A stretch of DNA of 63,663 nucleotides, filler included, from Olpidium bornovanus S191 (GCA_017911155.1; 29 parts of 29 records of this genome joined end to end with filler, not necessarily neighbours in it), one strand, 5' to 3'; shown: positions 22,822-36,181, numbered from the whole stretch's first letter. The notes: generated by a model from the sequence alone, not told the origin. Numbers and translations are program-made.

Positions 22822-23530
22822 CTTTTCTAGGCGCACCAGTCGCAGCTCGCTATTGCGGCGATGGAATGCATCCTGCGGTGGGTGATCGCCGGCAATTGGA
22901 TCCTGAACGACGCGGCCTGCCAAAGCGCCGTCCTCCGGACGCTCTGCCGCGGAATATGCATAAGCGAGCTCCGCGAAAACGGGGAGGAGCAGCCGGCCGT
23001 GGCGGAGAAGAAGAGGCGTAACCCCGTGGACAAGCTCCTGTTCGGCAGCCGGAGGGCCGAGCCCCCCGCGGCCAGCCCCGCGGGGAACGCCGCCGCGCAG
23101 GCGCAGGCGCAGCCGCGCGCGGAAGAGCAGGCCGTGATGCAGGTCGCCAACATATGCCTGCTGCAGTACGTCAACCAGCTCGGCAATTTTCCCCCGTTCT
23201 GGGCGGACGCGCTCGGCGCCAGCAGGATCTCGACGCTGTGGGACGACGACGTCAAGGTGGCGAGGCGCACGCTGAGGGCGCGGGGGGCGGCCGCGCCGTC
23301 GGCCGGCACCTCGTCCCGCGGGCTCGGCGACGTCCGGTATTTCCTGACGCCGCAGAACGTGATCTTGGGGTTCCTGGAGCTTCCGCGGCGGCAGCTTCGG
23401 CCTTGCGCGGGATGCGGCGGCGGCGGCGGCGACGCAAGCGCGGCCGCGCGCGGACAGGCGAAGGACGGTCCGCGGGGCTGCTCGCGCTGCTGCTGCTCCG
23501 CAGGCGTGCCGCAGGTTGTGGTCGTGGCCC
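22295..23530 (+). CDS. RALGAPB: Ral GTPase-activating protein beta-subunit-like internal fragment
   Basis: Ordered segments resemble RALGAPB as I recall it: LLSTLRADASPRNTRYLLHLL (cf. LLNALQVETDPNNTQMIL), AIAAMECILRWV..LNDAACQSAVLRTLCRGI (cf. IVAAFQCLCVWL..LDEKDCLKEVLEIVELGI), QLGNFP..GASRISTL (cf. LLGAFPSPSGPASPCSL) and RYFLTPQNVILGFLELP (cf. RYFVLDNSVILAMLEQP). The GAP domain is not in this contig. Confidence 0.72.
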
Positions 23531-23630
23531 NNNNNNNNNNNNNNNNNNNNNNNNNNNNNNNNNNNNNNNNNNNNTTAATTAATTAANNNNNNNNNNNNNN
23601 NNNNNNNNNNNNNNNNNNNNNNNNNNNNNN

Positions 23631-24584
23631 AAGGCGGGGAAGTTGGAGACCGCCGACGTTCTGTTTGACCTTCAGCTCCGGCGGCACCGGAATATGGGGA
23701 TCCTCGACTTGTCAGCGCGGGCGCAGTCGTTGCGGCTGACGGGTGGCATGCTTATCGGGGCGTACCTGCGTGCAGACAGAATCGATGCAGCTAACGCCGT
23801 GCGGGCCTTGCTGGCCGGCCTGGGCGTCTCATTGAAAGTGAACACAATTGTGGACTACTTAGCCTACTACGCTCGGACCGGCCTGGTCACTGAGCGCGAC
23901 CGCCTGCTCGACGAGGTGCGCTCCTCGTCGGATTACAGACTGTCAGACGGTAACCTCAACACCCTCATCATGTCCGCGTTCCGAGGAGCCCCCGACGACG
24001 GCTCGCATATGACCCCCATCGCTCGCCTTCAGACGGCGCAGTTCTGGCTTGACATGCTCCAACAAGGCTCGAGGACTGCGACGGCACAACCAGGCACAGC
24101 GATGCCGGCATCGCCGAGGATTACCGCGCCAAATTACTGCCGACTCATCCAAGCTTACGGCAACGTCGCCCTTCTACTCGAGGAAAACCCCGGCATTGCG
24201 GCAGCTTTTGATACGGCCATTGGAGCCGGCATGTCCGATTTCGTGGAGATGGAAGCGCGGACGTCGGCAGATTCCGGGTTTCGGTTCGCGGTGCCCGGGT
24301 CAACGGGGTCGCCCGTTTCGGCGGACGAGAGCTTGGCCGGAGCGGGCTGCCGAACTGCCGACGCGGCGGTGCGGAGCGAGAGCCGCGGCACCCTGACCGC
24401 CGAGAAATGCCGGGAACGCGGCCGCTCGCTTCTCGACGATGCCCTCGTCCAGGGCTTGCCGCTCCCCGCGGGCGTCGTTGCGCCGCTGCTGCGCGCGCTA
24501 AAAAATTCGGGGATAGACGTCCTGGCGGATTCCCGTTTCAGAATGCTCTGGAGGGCATGTGAACCACAGGCGGTGACGGAGTAG
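23631..24584 (+). CDS. Helical-repeat (PPR-like) protein, C-terminal part; 5' partial
   Basis: A 313-aa open frame with PPR-like helices (GMLIGAYLRADRIDAANAV, VDYLAYYARTG..DRLLDEV, LNTLIMSAF, YCRLIQAYG). The family call is by pattern only. Confidence 0.5.
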   Translation, partial: KAGKLETADVLFDLQLRRHRNMGILDLSARAQSLRLTGGMLIGAYLRADRIDAANAVRALLAGLGVSLKVNTIVDYLAYYARTGLVTERDRLLDEVRSSSDYRLSDGNLNTLIMSAFRGAPDDGSHMTPIARLQTAQFWLDMLQQGSRTATAQPGTAMPASPRITAPNYCRLIQAYGNVALLLEENPGIAAAFDTAIGAGMSDFVEMEARTSADSGFRFAVPGSTGSPVSADESLAGAGCRTADAAVRSESRGTLTAEKCRERGRSLLDDALVQGLPLPAGVVAPLLRALKNSGIDVLADSRFRMLWRACEPQAVTE

Positions 24585-25322
24585 CTGCCCTATGGTTCCC
24601 CCCCCCCCCCCCCCCCTCCTGCGCTTCTTTTTTCATACCAGCCTTGAAATAGACGTGGAAAGCTGCAGTGTTCAGTTCTCCTTTCTCCGGTTGTATATTG
24701 ATGTAGATTACGGGTTACACTGCAGACAGAAACCTTCTGGCGCTGGTGGGGCGCTTTAGCCAGGCGGCAATCGGGTGGGTAATATCGCACTGAGCTTGGC
24801 CACCGAGGTAATTGCGCACTTTTTCCCTACGAGATAAAAAATAATATTCCCTCGGGCCAATCAGTTCCTGCACAGCATGAGAAAACATTGCGGTGATTCC
24901 TGGTTTGAAGAGAATCGAAGCGTAAGACTCCCCAATTCGCAGATTCTTGTGAACAACCAAGGCTTTAGATTATGCGCTTTTTTGCGTTTAGGTGAGAAAA
25001 CCAACGGGACGAAAGTCTTAGATGTTTTTTAAAATGTGCGCCTGATAACAATTAAAGCGATATTGGATCGATGGTTTTTTCATGTACTGTGTGTCCCCAG
25101 GAGGGAGGGAGACCTTCAGCCGGCGTGCAGGGCTGCACCTTAAATGGTGGTTGATTTGTGACTTCCAGACCGCACAGGATTTCCTCCACTCTTCCGACAA
25201 GGGGCAACGCTAACATTACATTGATGCATGCATCAATAACCCTGATTGAACAGCACTGCCACAGTGCGGGCTATTGATTTAGGGCTATGAAAGCTACATA
25301 CCTACAGGTTCAGACAGGTAAA

Positions 25323-25353
<31 letters not shown>

Positions 25354-26594
25354 GAAAGAGAAGAGGAATGTAATGCGCTACACGAATCCAGCGGTTAGAA
25401 AGAATGCATTGATACAGCAAATCAAGAAAATTTCACTGAGGTTCGGCAGCAACGGTGGGTGAAACCGCGGTTGAGACACCAGCAGTGGGGGAAACGGAAG
25501 CCGTTGCAGCCATGNNNNNNNNNNNNNNNNNNNNNNNNNNNNNNNNNNNNNNNNNNNNTTAATTAATTAANNNNNNNNNNNNNNNNNNNNNNNNNNNNNN
25601 NNNNNNNNNNNNNNCATGGCAATTTGCTTGAGCCTTTCCCCCTTCGATCCCCGTTATTTTGTCCCGTACCCGCCCCATCAAGGTGAACAAAAAAGAGCTG
25701 CCCCCCCCCCCCCCCAAGGGGGGGCGATCCCGTCTGCCTCACCCGCTGGATACTGTCGGACGAAACCCGGCTGCTGGTCGGGGCATTCCGCAGGGCGCGC
25801 CCGGGCAGGACGGCAGCGGGGTCTTTCTTGTTCTGGCGCGTGCGATCAGTTGCGTCGTACGTTCCGAGGGGGCGCGGCGGCCGTCACGTGCGGGTTTGGG
25901 ACCGGGCTCAAGCGTGGACTTGGTCTCGCCGGGCCTGCGTGCGGGGATCGTTCCGTTTCACGGGGCAAAGCGGCGGCCCGTTCGCGTGCGTGGACCGGCC
26001 TGCCGGGTCTGCGCACGGCTCTCTCGTTCCCCGTCCGACCCGTTCTCGGCGAGGCGCTGGTGCACGCAGGGTTCGTTCGGCGGTAAGCTGCGCGGGGTGT
26101 CAAATCACTCCCGGGCCGTCGAGCGAGCGGGTTTCGTTCCGAAGGGCGAGTCGGGTGAGGAGCGGGGGGGCGGGGGGGGGTGAGAGATCAAATTACTCGC
26201 GGGCCAGCGGGCGAGCGGGCGAAGAGAAAAGGCCGCCCGGAGGAGCGAGAGAGAAACAGAGAGAGGAAACTCTCGGCGGCGCGTCTCCCTTCCAGGCAAG
26301 CCTTGTCTCTCTTGCCGTCTCTCCGCTTGGCACAATTTGATCCCCCTTTTCCCCCCCCCACCTGCGTTTCACGAATTGTTTCGAGCCACGTCTATAACGC
26401 GCCGAGCGGGCAACGCGCCCGCCGCAGCGGGGCGGCCCGCGCGATAGCAGAGGGGGGAACGTGTGGCCGCGGCGGTGGCGGGGAGCTAAGGTCCGGCCTA
26501 TCGACCCCTGCGATTTTTTTCTTTATCGAATAATCCCCCGTTTCGTCCGGCCGAGATTTCTGACCCCCATCCCCGTCCCGCGGGCCAAAAAAAA

Positions 26595-27117
26595 ACAAAC
26601 GTACGGGGACGGCCGACGATTCAAAACAGCCACCGTCCACAGTAAACTCCAACGCACTTCGCTCCGTGGCATCATATGTGACACCAACTAAAGCCGAGTA
26701 AGCAAAAAAAAAACAAAAAAAACAAAAAAAAAAAGAAACAGGGAAGAAATTCAAGAACAGAAGGTTTTACGTGTGATGTCATGCCGCAAAAACTTGCAAT
26801 CGACCTGTGACGACCGGGTGTTGGACAAAAAAACAACAGAACAAAACAACGCAAAACGCTGTAATACAAGGGGCAAAAAGTGTGGGGCGTTCGACCACAT
26901 GCGGTCACCAATCATCATGTAAAAACACGTCTCTGCCGCCTTGCCTTCCACGATCGTCGTCCTGGTCGTGATAGTAGTGGTGGTGGAGGTGATGGTGTTC
27001 GTCGTGGCGGACCGGAACGTCCTCCATGATTTCCTCGCGCGGGGACCATTTCAGACTGAGCGGGAACACGAGCCAGGCGGCAATTGCGAGCGCGCACAAC
27101 GAAACGCATATCCGCAA
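26595..27117 (-). CDS. Hypothetical spliced gene fragment, possibly a secreted or membrane protein; reading frame ambiguous
   Basis: A hydrophobic signal-like start MRICVSLCALAIAAWLVFP is followed by a His- or Thr-rich stretch depending on frame. An exon-like segment VGVTYDATERSALEFTVDGGCFESSAVP lies between TAG and GTACG. No family recognised. Confidence 0.25.
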
Positions 27118-29188
27118 GTACGGAATTGTTTCCCGCCGAAGACGNNNNNNNNNNNNNNNNNNNNNNNNNNNNNNNNNNNNNNNNNNNNTTAATTAATTAA
27201 NNNNNNNNNNNNNNNNNNNNNNNNNNNNNNNNNNNNNNNNNNNNCCTCCGCGAGCCCGGCGTTCCACGCGCGTGCTTCGTCGCGAAACGGGCCCGACGTG
27301 TCCCGAAAACCTGGTTCGCCGAGGCCGGGCGTTTTGCGGTGTGCTTGCGAGGAAGGAAACGACGGCGTACAAACCCAGAAAGGGGGGGGGAGGGGGGTGT
27401 GTGTGTGTGTGTGTGTGCTTGAATGATCAAAAACGCCCATCAGGTTTTAAGAGTCGCTCGGACGCATAATAATCCCTCCGACCCGAGACGCGTGCTTGGC
27501 TTGTCAAGGTTCTTACGGCTGCTGTAGTTTCTCGACGGCCATCCGCGGTGTCATCATCGAATTTCCCTGACGGCAGGCGGCGTTGACCTCAAAACGCGCG
27601 CACGAGAAAGGTCCCGCGAACCTTCGCAGGCTTATACGTGGCTGGCATCCGGGCAATCCGAGCTTGCTCGCGACCTTGATCCTGTCACATTACAGTGAGG
27701 GCCAAAGCTTCTCGACCCCTTGTTCTTCGACAACGAAAAACACGCTTGAACACAACGTTTCACAACCTTTAAACACGCTGTGCTGGCTGAAAGGAAGTGG
27801 TTGCAGTTTGCAGATCCGCTGTCCAGATTGCTGCTACGTGTCCACCTAATCACACCTGTGCCGCGCTCCCTCCTTCTTCTCATCTCGGGGATGTCTGAGG
27901 GGTGCCAAAGTACCTCACTCCCGAATGCTCGCTCGAAACTGCTTGCGTTTGCTCGCACTTGGACGCCCGTCGGCAAGTTCAGCACAAATACGACCGGACA
28001 CGCAACTTGTCCCCGCAGCCGAAAAAGGGCGATCAAGGCGGGGGGGCTGAAATCATATTTTGGCGCTCCGCCCAGATGGTGTACTTTTTGTGCTGCCGGC
28101 CGTTCTTGATCCGCTGTTCCTAGCTCGAGTTCTTCTTCGAGACGTAACGAGGACGAGCTTTGCGACGGCTGTGGCGAATGTCTTATTGCTTAAATATTGA
28201 CGACGACGTGTTCCGTGCGGCAGCGATGACGGGGGTTTTGATGTGAACAAAGCAACCCGGGTGGAATCTTGGGCTCGGCAAGTCGAAAACGCGCGCCCTT
28301 CGCGCGCGGGCGCGCGCCAATGCCAACACACACGGAATTTGTGTCGCGCCTGGCGGATGTTTTTGTTTGTCCTGCCGAGAACAAAAAGAGCCAGAGCGGC
28401 CCTGCAGCGTGAGATTGATCCGTCAGTTGGGACCAAGACAGGGAGCCCCGACGAAAAAAAAAAAAAAACCGGAGCCGCTTTGTGCTGAGGGTTGTATTCT
28501 CTCGCAAGGACGTCCGCCGTCGTGAGAAGGGGAATATCGTGCTGCGCTGGCGCCTGAGAGACCGTTTTAGACGCTCTCGCGTCTCAAAGGTTGATTTTGC
28601 GCCGGTTCGGCAATCTTGGTCTCGCTGGTTGATGGTCTCGAGTATGTAGCATCTAATACGCGGTAACGCAGCTTGTCCGTCACGTCATTGAGCCACTGAA
28701 ATGCCTGAAATGTACACTGTGCCTGTCAGGCGTACCTATCAGGTCAGCAGATTAGCAGGTTCAGGGTAGCAGGTCAGGACCGCCGACGCCTATTAGGTTA
28801 CAGGTTTCAGGTCTGGCGGGTGCGCCCGGGGGGGGGGGGGGGGGCGGGGGGGGGGGGGGGGGGGGAACTGAGAGGGTCCGTGCACGTGCAACACCTCCAC
28901 CCGCGCGCGCGCGCGTGATAAAAAGTTGGGGCGGGTGGGGCTTGTCGATTTCGCAGGCGCGGGAAGGAGACGCAACGCGGCGGGGCGGCGCAACGGAAGC
29001 GAGAAAGCGTCCAGTGGGAATTTTCTTCAACTTCTTCCCCCGGGGGAGGGGGCGGGGGGTGGCTCCCTTTTTGTGTGACGGTATTCCCGGCGCATTCCTT
29101 ACGGCCGCGGGGCCTTTCGGTGCGCGTGGTGCGAGCGCGCAGGCGGACAGAGGAGATGCGCCGCCACGCCCGCCAGGGCTGAAATTAT

Positions 29189-29249
<61 letters not shown>

Positions 29250-31202
29250 CCTCGCCCCCCCCCCCCCCGCCGCCCGCCCCCGCNNNNNNNNNNNNNNNNN
29301 NNNNNNNNNNNNNNNNNNNNNNNNNNNTTAATTAATTAANNNNNNNNNNNNNNNNNNNNNNNNNNNNNNNNNNNNNNNNNNNNCATGAAGACAAAACGGT
29401 CCGTTGACGTGGAAATAAATGAACCGGCGAGATATGCGCCCCCCGACGCGGGAGATTCCGTGCCGGGAGCTCATAAGCACCCTGCTCTTCTCAGTCTGCG
29501 CCGCGGCCGGAATCACCTGAGCGTGGCATCGGAGAGCTCGATGCAGTGTGGCGCAGCTGTTTTTAAGTGCCGCAAGATATGGAGGCAAAAATTGGTCGCG
29601 CTCTCTCCCGAGCTTCATAAAATTGCTGCTAACGGTGAATTCACATTTCTGATTAATCTCGGAGCAGCCCCGCCCACAAGGCCGAGCACTTATCGCTCTT
29701 CGTAAAGCCCCGGGATGCGTTCATTCCGCGATGGTACATTGATGGAATGCGGTACGTCAATGAAAAAACCGATCGGCACATTACATCTACGGAAAGCGGT
29801 ACATCGATGAAATAGAGAGTGTCCACTATCGTGCAAATCCGAATTATGCGGTGTCAAATAAACACAAGAAGAATTAAAAACGGTAAGCCGTTAGAAGTCA
29901 AGAAAAAAAAATTGCCAGCAGTCGTAGAGGCTCTGCCCCTGGTTTCAGCATCCCGTGCAATTTCCCATAGAAACGTGACTGAGATCCTACAAGTCCGCTG
30001 GGGTTGACAGTGGCCATGGTTGCTAGAGAGGCAAGCAGAGTGCAGTCAGGAGGTCCAAACCTCAGCCGTACGCCGTTTGTGCCCACTGCCGTAAAGGGAA
30101 ACCAACCAAGCGTTAGGGGCTTTTGGAAAGGCGTCTGGCCGAAGTCGGGTCTGCTGCATTTGTTTAAGATGGTTGATTTCGTACGTCTACCGTGGCGCAA
30201 GCAAGGGAGAACACCTAGCTCTCCGAATGGCGGCGGGCACCGCGGAGGGTACGGGGCCCGCGAACAGATAGGCGGCCTCGGCGGTGAGCGCGTCTGGCGG
30301 CAGCACGCGCTTGCGCTCCAGGTTCGGCGGCCGCCGCCGCGGCAGCCGCCGGGTCTGGTAGCAGATCGTTTTGTACGTCCACCCGCACGTCCCCGGCTCG
30401 CCCCTCTCGTCCGGCGGCAGCGGCGCCGGGTCCGGCGACACGCCCGCCACCCACCGCCCGGCCGCCGACGTTCGCGAAGGCGGGCGCACGCGCCGGGCGG
30501 CGGCCGCCCGCCGCTGCAGCGGACCGGACCGCTACCAGCGGAAACACAATCGCGTGCGTCAGACGGCCCACCCTCCAACGTCGACGGTCTACCATAAACA
30601 TGCCGCCGGACGAGTTTTTGCCAGCAAAACGGCCGCAGCTTTCCAGAACTTCGCGAAGATGCCGGCACACCCTGCGGGTTTCCGCGCTCTCTCTCCCCTC
30701 CCGTCTTTTTGCTTCTGCGTGATTCGCGTCCACCGTGAGGTCGGCTGCTGCCCCTTTCCCTGGCTGGCACAACCGACAGACCACCTGAGCCACAGCGAGA
30801 ATTGTCCCCGTTGATGTTCCCTCTTGCTTCGGCAATGACCGTACAATATTTCGACTACAGTGACAGCGCCGCCCCAAACTCCCGTAAATGTCACATAACC
30901 TGTCTCGCTTGCCAACAACGCATGGCCAGTTGGGGAGTCCAACAAACGACGCGTCGCCGCATTCAAACTGATCATGTTCGTCAGCGGCATTTTGAATGCA
31001 CCGGTCTCCGTGCGGAACCCAGAACGGCCGGCCCGACTCCTCACTGTTCAATACACGGATTTCCCCATGNNNNNNNNNNNNNNNNNNNNNNNNNNNNNNN
31101 NNNNNNNNNNNNNTTAATTAATTAANNNNNNNNNNNNNNNNNNNNNNNNNNNNNNNNNNNNNNNNNNNNAGAAGGGGTGAGTTTTGGGCCCCCCCGGGGG
31201 AA

Positions 31203-31237
<35 letters not shown>

Positions 31238-31438
31238 GCCGTTTCCCTCGCGGAAGGCTGGTGAGCGGCCGGGCCGAACCCCCGGCCGCTGGCGGTTCCG
31301 GCTCTCCCGCCGTCCCGAGAGAATTGGCTGCCCTGCCCGCGTTTCCGGGAATTCCAGTGGCAATCCGCAAAATGTTCATCCTTCGTTTCCGTCCTTTTTT
31401 TTTCGCATTCCACATCCGCCAATTCTGGCAATTCCCAG

Positions 31439-32570
31439 CGATACAACGAAGCACCATCGCGGGCAATTTTCTCTCACACCAAACCATTAAGTTACTAGAA
31501 TCCAACGGTGTAGAAATAATCCCGCAATTCTTGGTTAAAAGCAAGACTTTTGTCCACAATGGCCCGACGTCCGCTGTGCTGCGCGAGGAGCTGCGGCCGA
31601 AGACGACCCAGAGCTACATGTCGTATGCGAAGATGGTACGTGCCTCCTTAGTAGGGTAATTCGTTCAACATGGCGGCTACAAAAGCGCGTTCCTTACCCG
31701 CTGTCGTTTCACGGTTCTAGAAAACGGCCGCCGAGTTCAAAGAATCCATCTGCCAGGTCTCAGAGATGGAATACGACGAAAGGTATTGTTGCGTCCTCTT
31801 TTGCGACAACGGGGCTTTATGCGTGCAGAAAGGGCATTTACGTTATTGTACCCTTAACCTCCAGGACGCTGGGGAGTCGCCCACTAAAACCGTACGAGTT
31901 CCCAAACGGGCTCAGCAAGGACTTTGGTGTCGAGCGATACAAAATACCAGAGATGCTGTTTTACCCGGGACGGCACGTCATCGACGTAAGTGGAAAATGA
32001 TGCTGATCTTCCTGGGCATTGGTTTTCCGTTTGGTCGCTCGCGGTCTGCGCGTCCGTCTGGGCGAGAAAAAATCGCCGCCGCTGTTGAATGGCGGAGTTA
32101 ATGTTTAATCCTTTTTCTTACCTTGTCTGCAAGCCGGACCCATCCCTTGAGGGCGCCGTTGGAGTCCACCAGCTTGCGCAGCAGAGCATAGCGTCGTGTG
32201 ACCCAGATGCCCGACCACAACTGTACGGCAACCTGGTTCTGACCGGCGGGAGTTCGCAGTTCAACGGCTTCCCGGACAGGCTCCATGCGGAACTCCTTCA
32301 GCTGACACCCGGGGTGAGTGTTTCTTTCAACTTCCCACGCCGCCCCGCCTTCTTTTCTGTTCGTGAGGCCACTCTGTTCCCGGTCGTTCGTGCCGCTGTT
32401 TCGGGCTGCCTTGTTTAATTTTCCCCCTCTCGACTTCGGTGTAGTCGGTGGCGGCGGCGGCGCACAGCTGGCCAGCCGGGTGCTAACGTTGGTGCGGATC
32501 TAACATCCGACAACAGGTCAAGCTCAAGATTCACGCGCCGGGCAACACGGTTGAGCGCAAGCACAGCACA
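31439..32570 (+). CDS. ARP4: Nuclear actin-related protein Arp4/ACTL6; internal to C-terminal fragment
   Basis: IQRSTIAGNFLS..IIPQFLVKSK | EFKESICQVSE | YEFPNG..FGVERYKIPEMLFYP | SIASCDPDARPQLYGNLVLTGGSSQFNGFPDRL | KLKIHAPGNTVERKHST. The KIHAPGNTVER motif is typical of fungal Arp4. Confidence 0.88.
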
Positions 32571-32929
32571 TGTTTCCATTCTAAAACGTGAATATATCAC
32601 AAATGAGATTGGGTTAGTCAAGATAGAGATCTCCGACGTGGCACAATTTGCGGTATGCGGTTCTGTCAATTTGCACTTAATGTCGTTGANNNNNNNNNNN
32701 NNNNNNNNNNNNNNNNNNNNNNNNNNNNNNNNNTTAATTAATTAANNNNNNNNNNNNNNNNNNNNNNNNNNNNNNNNNNNNNNNNNNNNCCTCCGACAAA
32801 AATCTGCAACCGACGACGAACACAGTGCCACTGTGGCAAAAGGGAAAGAAGGCTGCCAAAGGTGAGAAAGGCCTGCAAGTCGCCTGCGCTTGGGGCCTAG
32901 AACACCGCTGGGCTGCTCACTCAGGATCT

Positions 32930-33030
32930 GTGCGGCGATGCGTCCGATTTTGCCGCAATTAAAGCATGTAATTCCCGTCTTTTTCGCATCTGCCCCAGCG
33001 GCCGCCCCGATTTCGGCGTATTTTTCCCCA
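32930..33030 (-). mobile_element. Degenerate retrotransposon Gag zinc-knuckle relic
   Basis: TCFNCGKIGRIAAQI matches CX2CX4HX4C with His changed to Arg and the last Cys to Ile. No intact flanking ORF. Confidence 0.4.
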
Positions 33031-36000
33031 CGCTGCCTCGGAGGTAGCGCCAGGGTCACCTTTAGCCGGGCTCGATGGCAGATTGTAGTTTCAAGTCCAA
33101 GAGAGTGCTGGGCCGGGCCCAAGGCAACATGCTCTGTTGGACATGGTAGGGGCGCAGAAATTGACTTGCCGTCGACAGAATGTAGAGGCTCGCTTTTGCG
33201 ATGCAGCCGTCGACTAGTTGGCCACCAACACAAATTGCAAACTTTGGAGACATAACATGACCGAGCATTCGCGCTGGATTTTCTGTTTTTGTCACTTATT
33301 ATAATCCGTCTATTGATGAACAGGGAGAATAAATGAGCTGTTCTTTACGGATCACAAGCAAACGTTGCTGTCGTTGGGTTTTAGATTTACTAAAAGAAAA
33401 CGAGATCCGGGGAGTGGTAGCTCGCGTGAAGTGTAGTTTTTCCGGCATCGTACCGCCAGCCGGGTGGACCGCGCGTTCTTGAGGAGCTTGCCGGAACCTC
33501 ACCCGGGAGGGACGAAATAGCAGCATGACGCAGCGGCCAGTGCTTTGCGGCAAAACGAGGAAGGCTCCCCGGTCGCCGGGGAGAGGTGGCCGGCGAAAAA
33601 TCCAGCCTCAAACTCCGCTCGATTTTGTTTCCCTGCACGCTCGATTTTTTTCGGTTGCCGGGAGCAGTGACGACCCTCCGTTTTTGCCCCGAAGTGCCGG
33701 TGCCCAATGGGAATTTTCGAAGGAGGCGGGGCCGGCTGATGACGTCGTTCTCGGGCGATCTTCCCGATAGCCGGGGGAACGGCCGGCAACCCTCCTCCAC
33801 CCACCCCCCCCCCCCCCCCCCCCCGCCCCCCGCCCCCCCGCNNNNNNNNNNNNNNNNNNNNNNNNNNNNNNNNNNNNNNNNNNNNTTAATTAATTAANNN
33901 NNNNNNNNNNNNNNNNNNNNNNNNNNNNNNNNNNNNNNNNNAGCGACGATGCCGAAGAGACGATGCCTGGGCAACCGGCTCAAATTGTTTCGTCGAAGGG
34001 AAGTCGGATGAGACGATCAGGACTAGTCTGTATTATAGACGTGAAGTCGATGACGGGGCATGATCGGTGTGTGTTTTGAAACAATGTGACAACCCTTCAT
34101 CGACGGAGTTCCGGAGGCACATGGAATCCCCGGACGACGGGATCGGGTTGAATAGCATGCCCTCCTGCAAATAAAAAGTGAAAAAACGGAATGGCGTAGA
34201 ACGCACCCGGGACGTTCCACGTCCGATCTCTTGCCGCGCAAACCAGTAAGGCTGGCTGCGTGTCGGCGACGGTCGGGCGTGAAAGGAGAGGCTCTGATTG
34301 CTGGCGACGGAGGTGGGTACTGTGGAGGAAAATTTCGCAGTCATGCGCGACCGTCGACGGGACAAATCGTTGCTCCGCCGCAACAGGGGACGAGGATGAA
34401 CAGAGAGCCGCCGGTCTGCACGCCCCGGTGACAAGGGGTGGGCGGGGGGAAGGTTGGCTTTACGCGAACGAGTGGTGCACAACGGAGGCGAAGCATATGA
34501 AGGGAGCGGAAGAAGGTGACGCCACGATGGCGGTGTTTTCCTTTCGCTTTCGATTGCGCCGGTGGTATGACGTGGGGTCGTCCGAGTGGCGCTGGATCAC
34601 GTGACCGAGAGTCAATAGCGAGCAGAAGCATGCGACGAGCCGCATAAGAAGCGGCGAAAACACAGTGGTGTCAAAACGAAGATTTGACGCACACAGTCGA
34701 CCAGGTGGCGCAGAAGGAATCGCAGAGAATGGCAATCGAGGCGGAAACATTGGCCCGGGTGGGAAAAAACCGGGCGCGCGATCTCCGGGTGCCTCCCATG
34801 AGTAGGAAGCGTTCGTACGCGTCATTTCTTTCGGAGGAAACAAGAGGCAAGCACCAAATCCACGTTGCCAGAGCCGACCACAAAGTGTTCCGTCGTCCGC
34901 CGTTTTCTTGTTGTCAAATAGAAAAAGAAACGTCGGGGACGGTTCATGTTGGCTGTTGTGGGCCCGGGCGGTTAGTCTGAACCCCTGCATGTTGCAGTTG
35001 TAGTTCCCCTGCCACTCCGCCTCCTCTCCCGCGCAGTAGTTTATACCCCGCCCGCACCAAATAAAAAACAGTTCGGACACAAATGGCGGCGGCACATCAC
35101 AGATTGCCGTTGTTGCTGGCCGCAGATGGCGACCGCGCGCCGGCGGAATTTGCGGAGATGCACGTTCACGTGATGTTTTTGGGGACGAAGGTGCCGGGAA
35201 TCTATGCCAGTGAGCAGCCAAACTGTCGCTGCTGCTCTGTGACGCGCCATTTGAAGTACCGGTCCATTCTTAAATTTTTCACGAGTTCGAAGCTTCTCCG
35301 ATACCACGCAAGTGGACAGCGAAAGAGGTGCAAGGTGTTCAGAAACAGAAATCCGCGGCAGTGTTCAAACTCCTGTTGCCCCCTGCTGCCCCAGCGGATC
35401 GCGACGGCGATCTGGACACTGGACGCCCCAAAAGACTTGGACACCGTTTTTGTCTGCGTTGTCAGCAAATTTTCGAGGACGAAAGAGAAGAAAAGAAAGA
35501 GTGGAGCTCGACAGTCGGGTTTTGCAATCAGACTTGCCGGCCTGCTTGCAGTCTTGTTGCCAACCTGCCTGCAGTATGGTGAGCGTGGCCTACAACCGAG
35601 ACGCGCCCCCGGTCCGCGCCCCCGGCCTGCAGCCCGCAGCTGGTGTGGGTGCGTTGGAGAGACAGGGGATCCGCCTTCCAGCCCCCACGGCCCCCATAGC
35701 CCAAGCTGCCCTGCCAGCGCTCGAGGCCCCTGTCTCAGCCTCCTGCAGAGGCGGGAAGTTCCCGTTGCGGGAAGACCCGCTGATATCAGTCGCAGTGACC
35801 TGGGACGGAAAGTACTTCGCTGTATTGCAGGGAAAAAAAAGTCCGATTCTAGCCCAACTGCCCACCGGTGTTCCCCGCAAAAGTGGGCGCTCCCTGGCAG
35901 GGCAGACAGTGAGAAGTTATTCTCGTCCAATACAACAAGAAAACGGCGGACGACGGATTACTTTGTGGTCAGTTGTGACAACGCGGACTCGGTGCGTTCT

Positions 36001-36181
36001 CCTTGTTTCCTTCGTCGACGAGTTAGGCCAGTGCGTACAAGGCCTGAAGGACATTTGTGCGGTCACTCTGTACATTGCATGNNNNNNNNNNNNNNNNNNN
36101 NNNNNNNNNNNNNNNNNNNNNNNNNTTAATTAATTAANNNNNNNNNNNNNNNNNNNNNNNNNNNNNNNNNNNNNNNNNNNN

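Noticed and set aside
27245-29283. Exon-like fragments on the minus strand
   Set aside because: I could not assemble a coherent spliced ORF or recognise a family.
29384-31069. Overlapping 150-290 aa ORFs on this contig
   Set aside because: No recognisable motif or consistent exon chain; GC-rich sequence gives long ORFs by chance.
33942-36081. ORFs 35083..36129, 35312..36133 and 35202..35930 as a gene
   Set aside because: Three overlapping frames are equally open. The faintly WD40-like PLISVAVTWDGKYFAV is too little to support a call.
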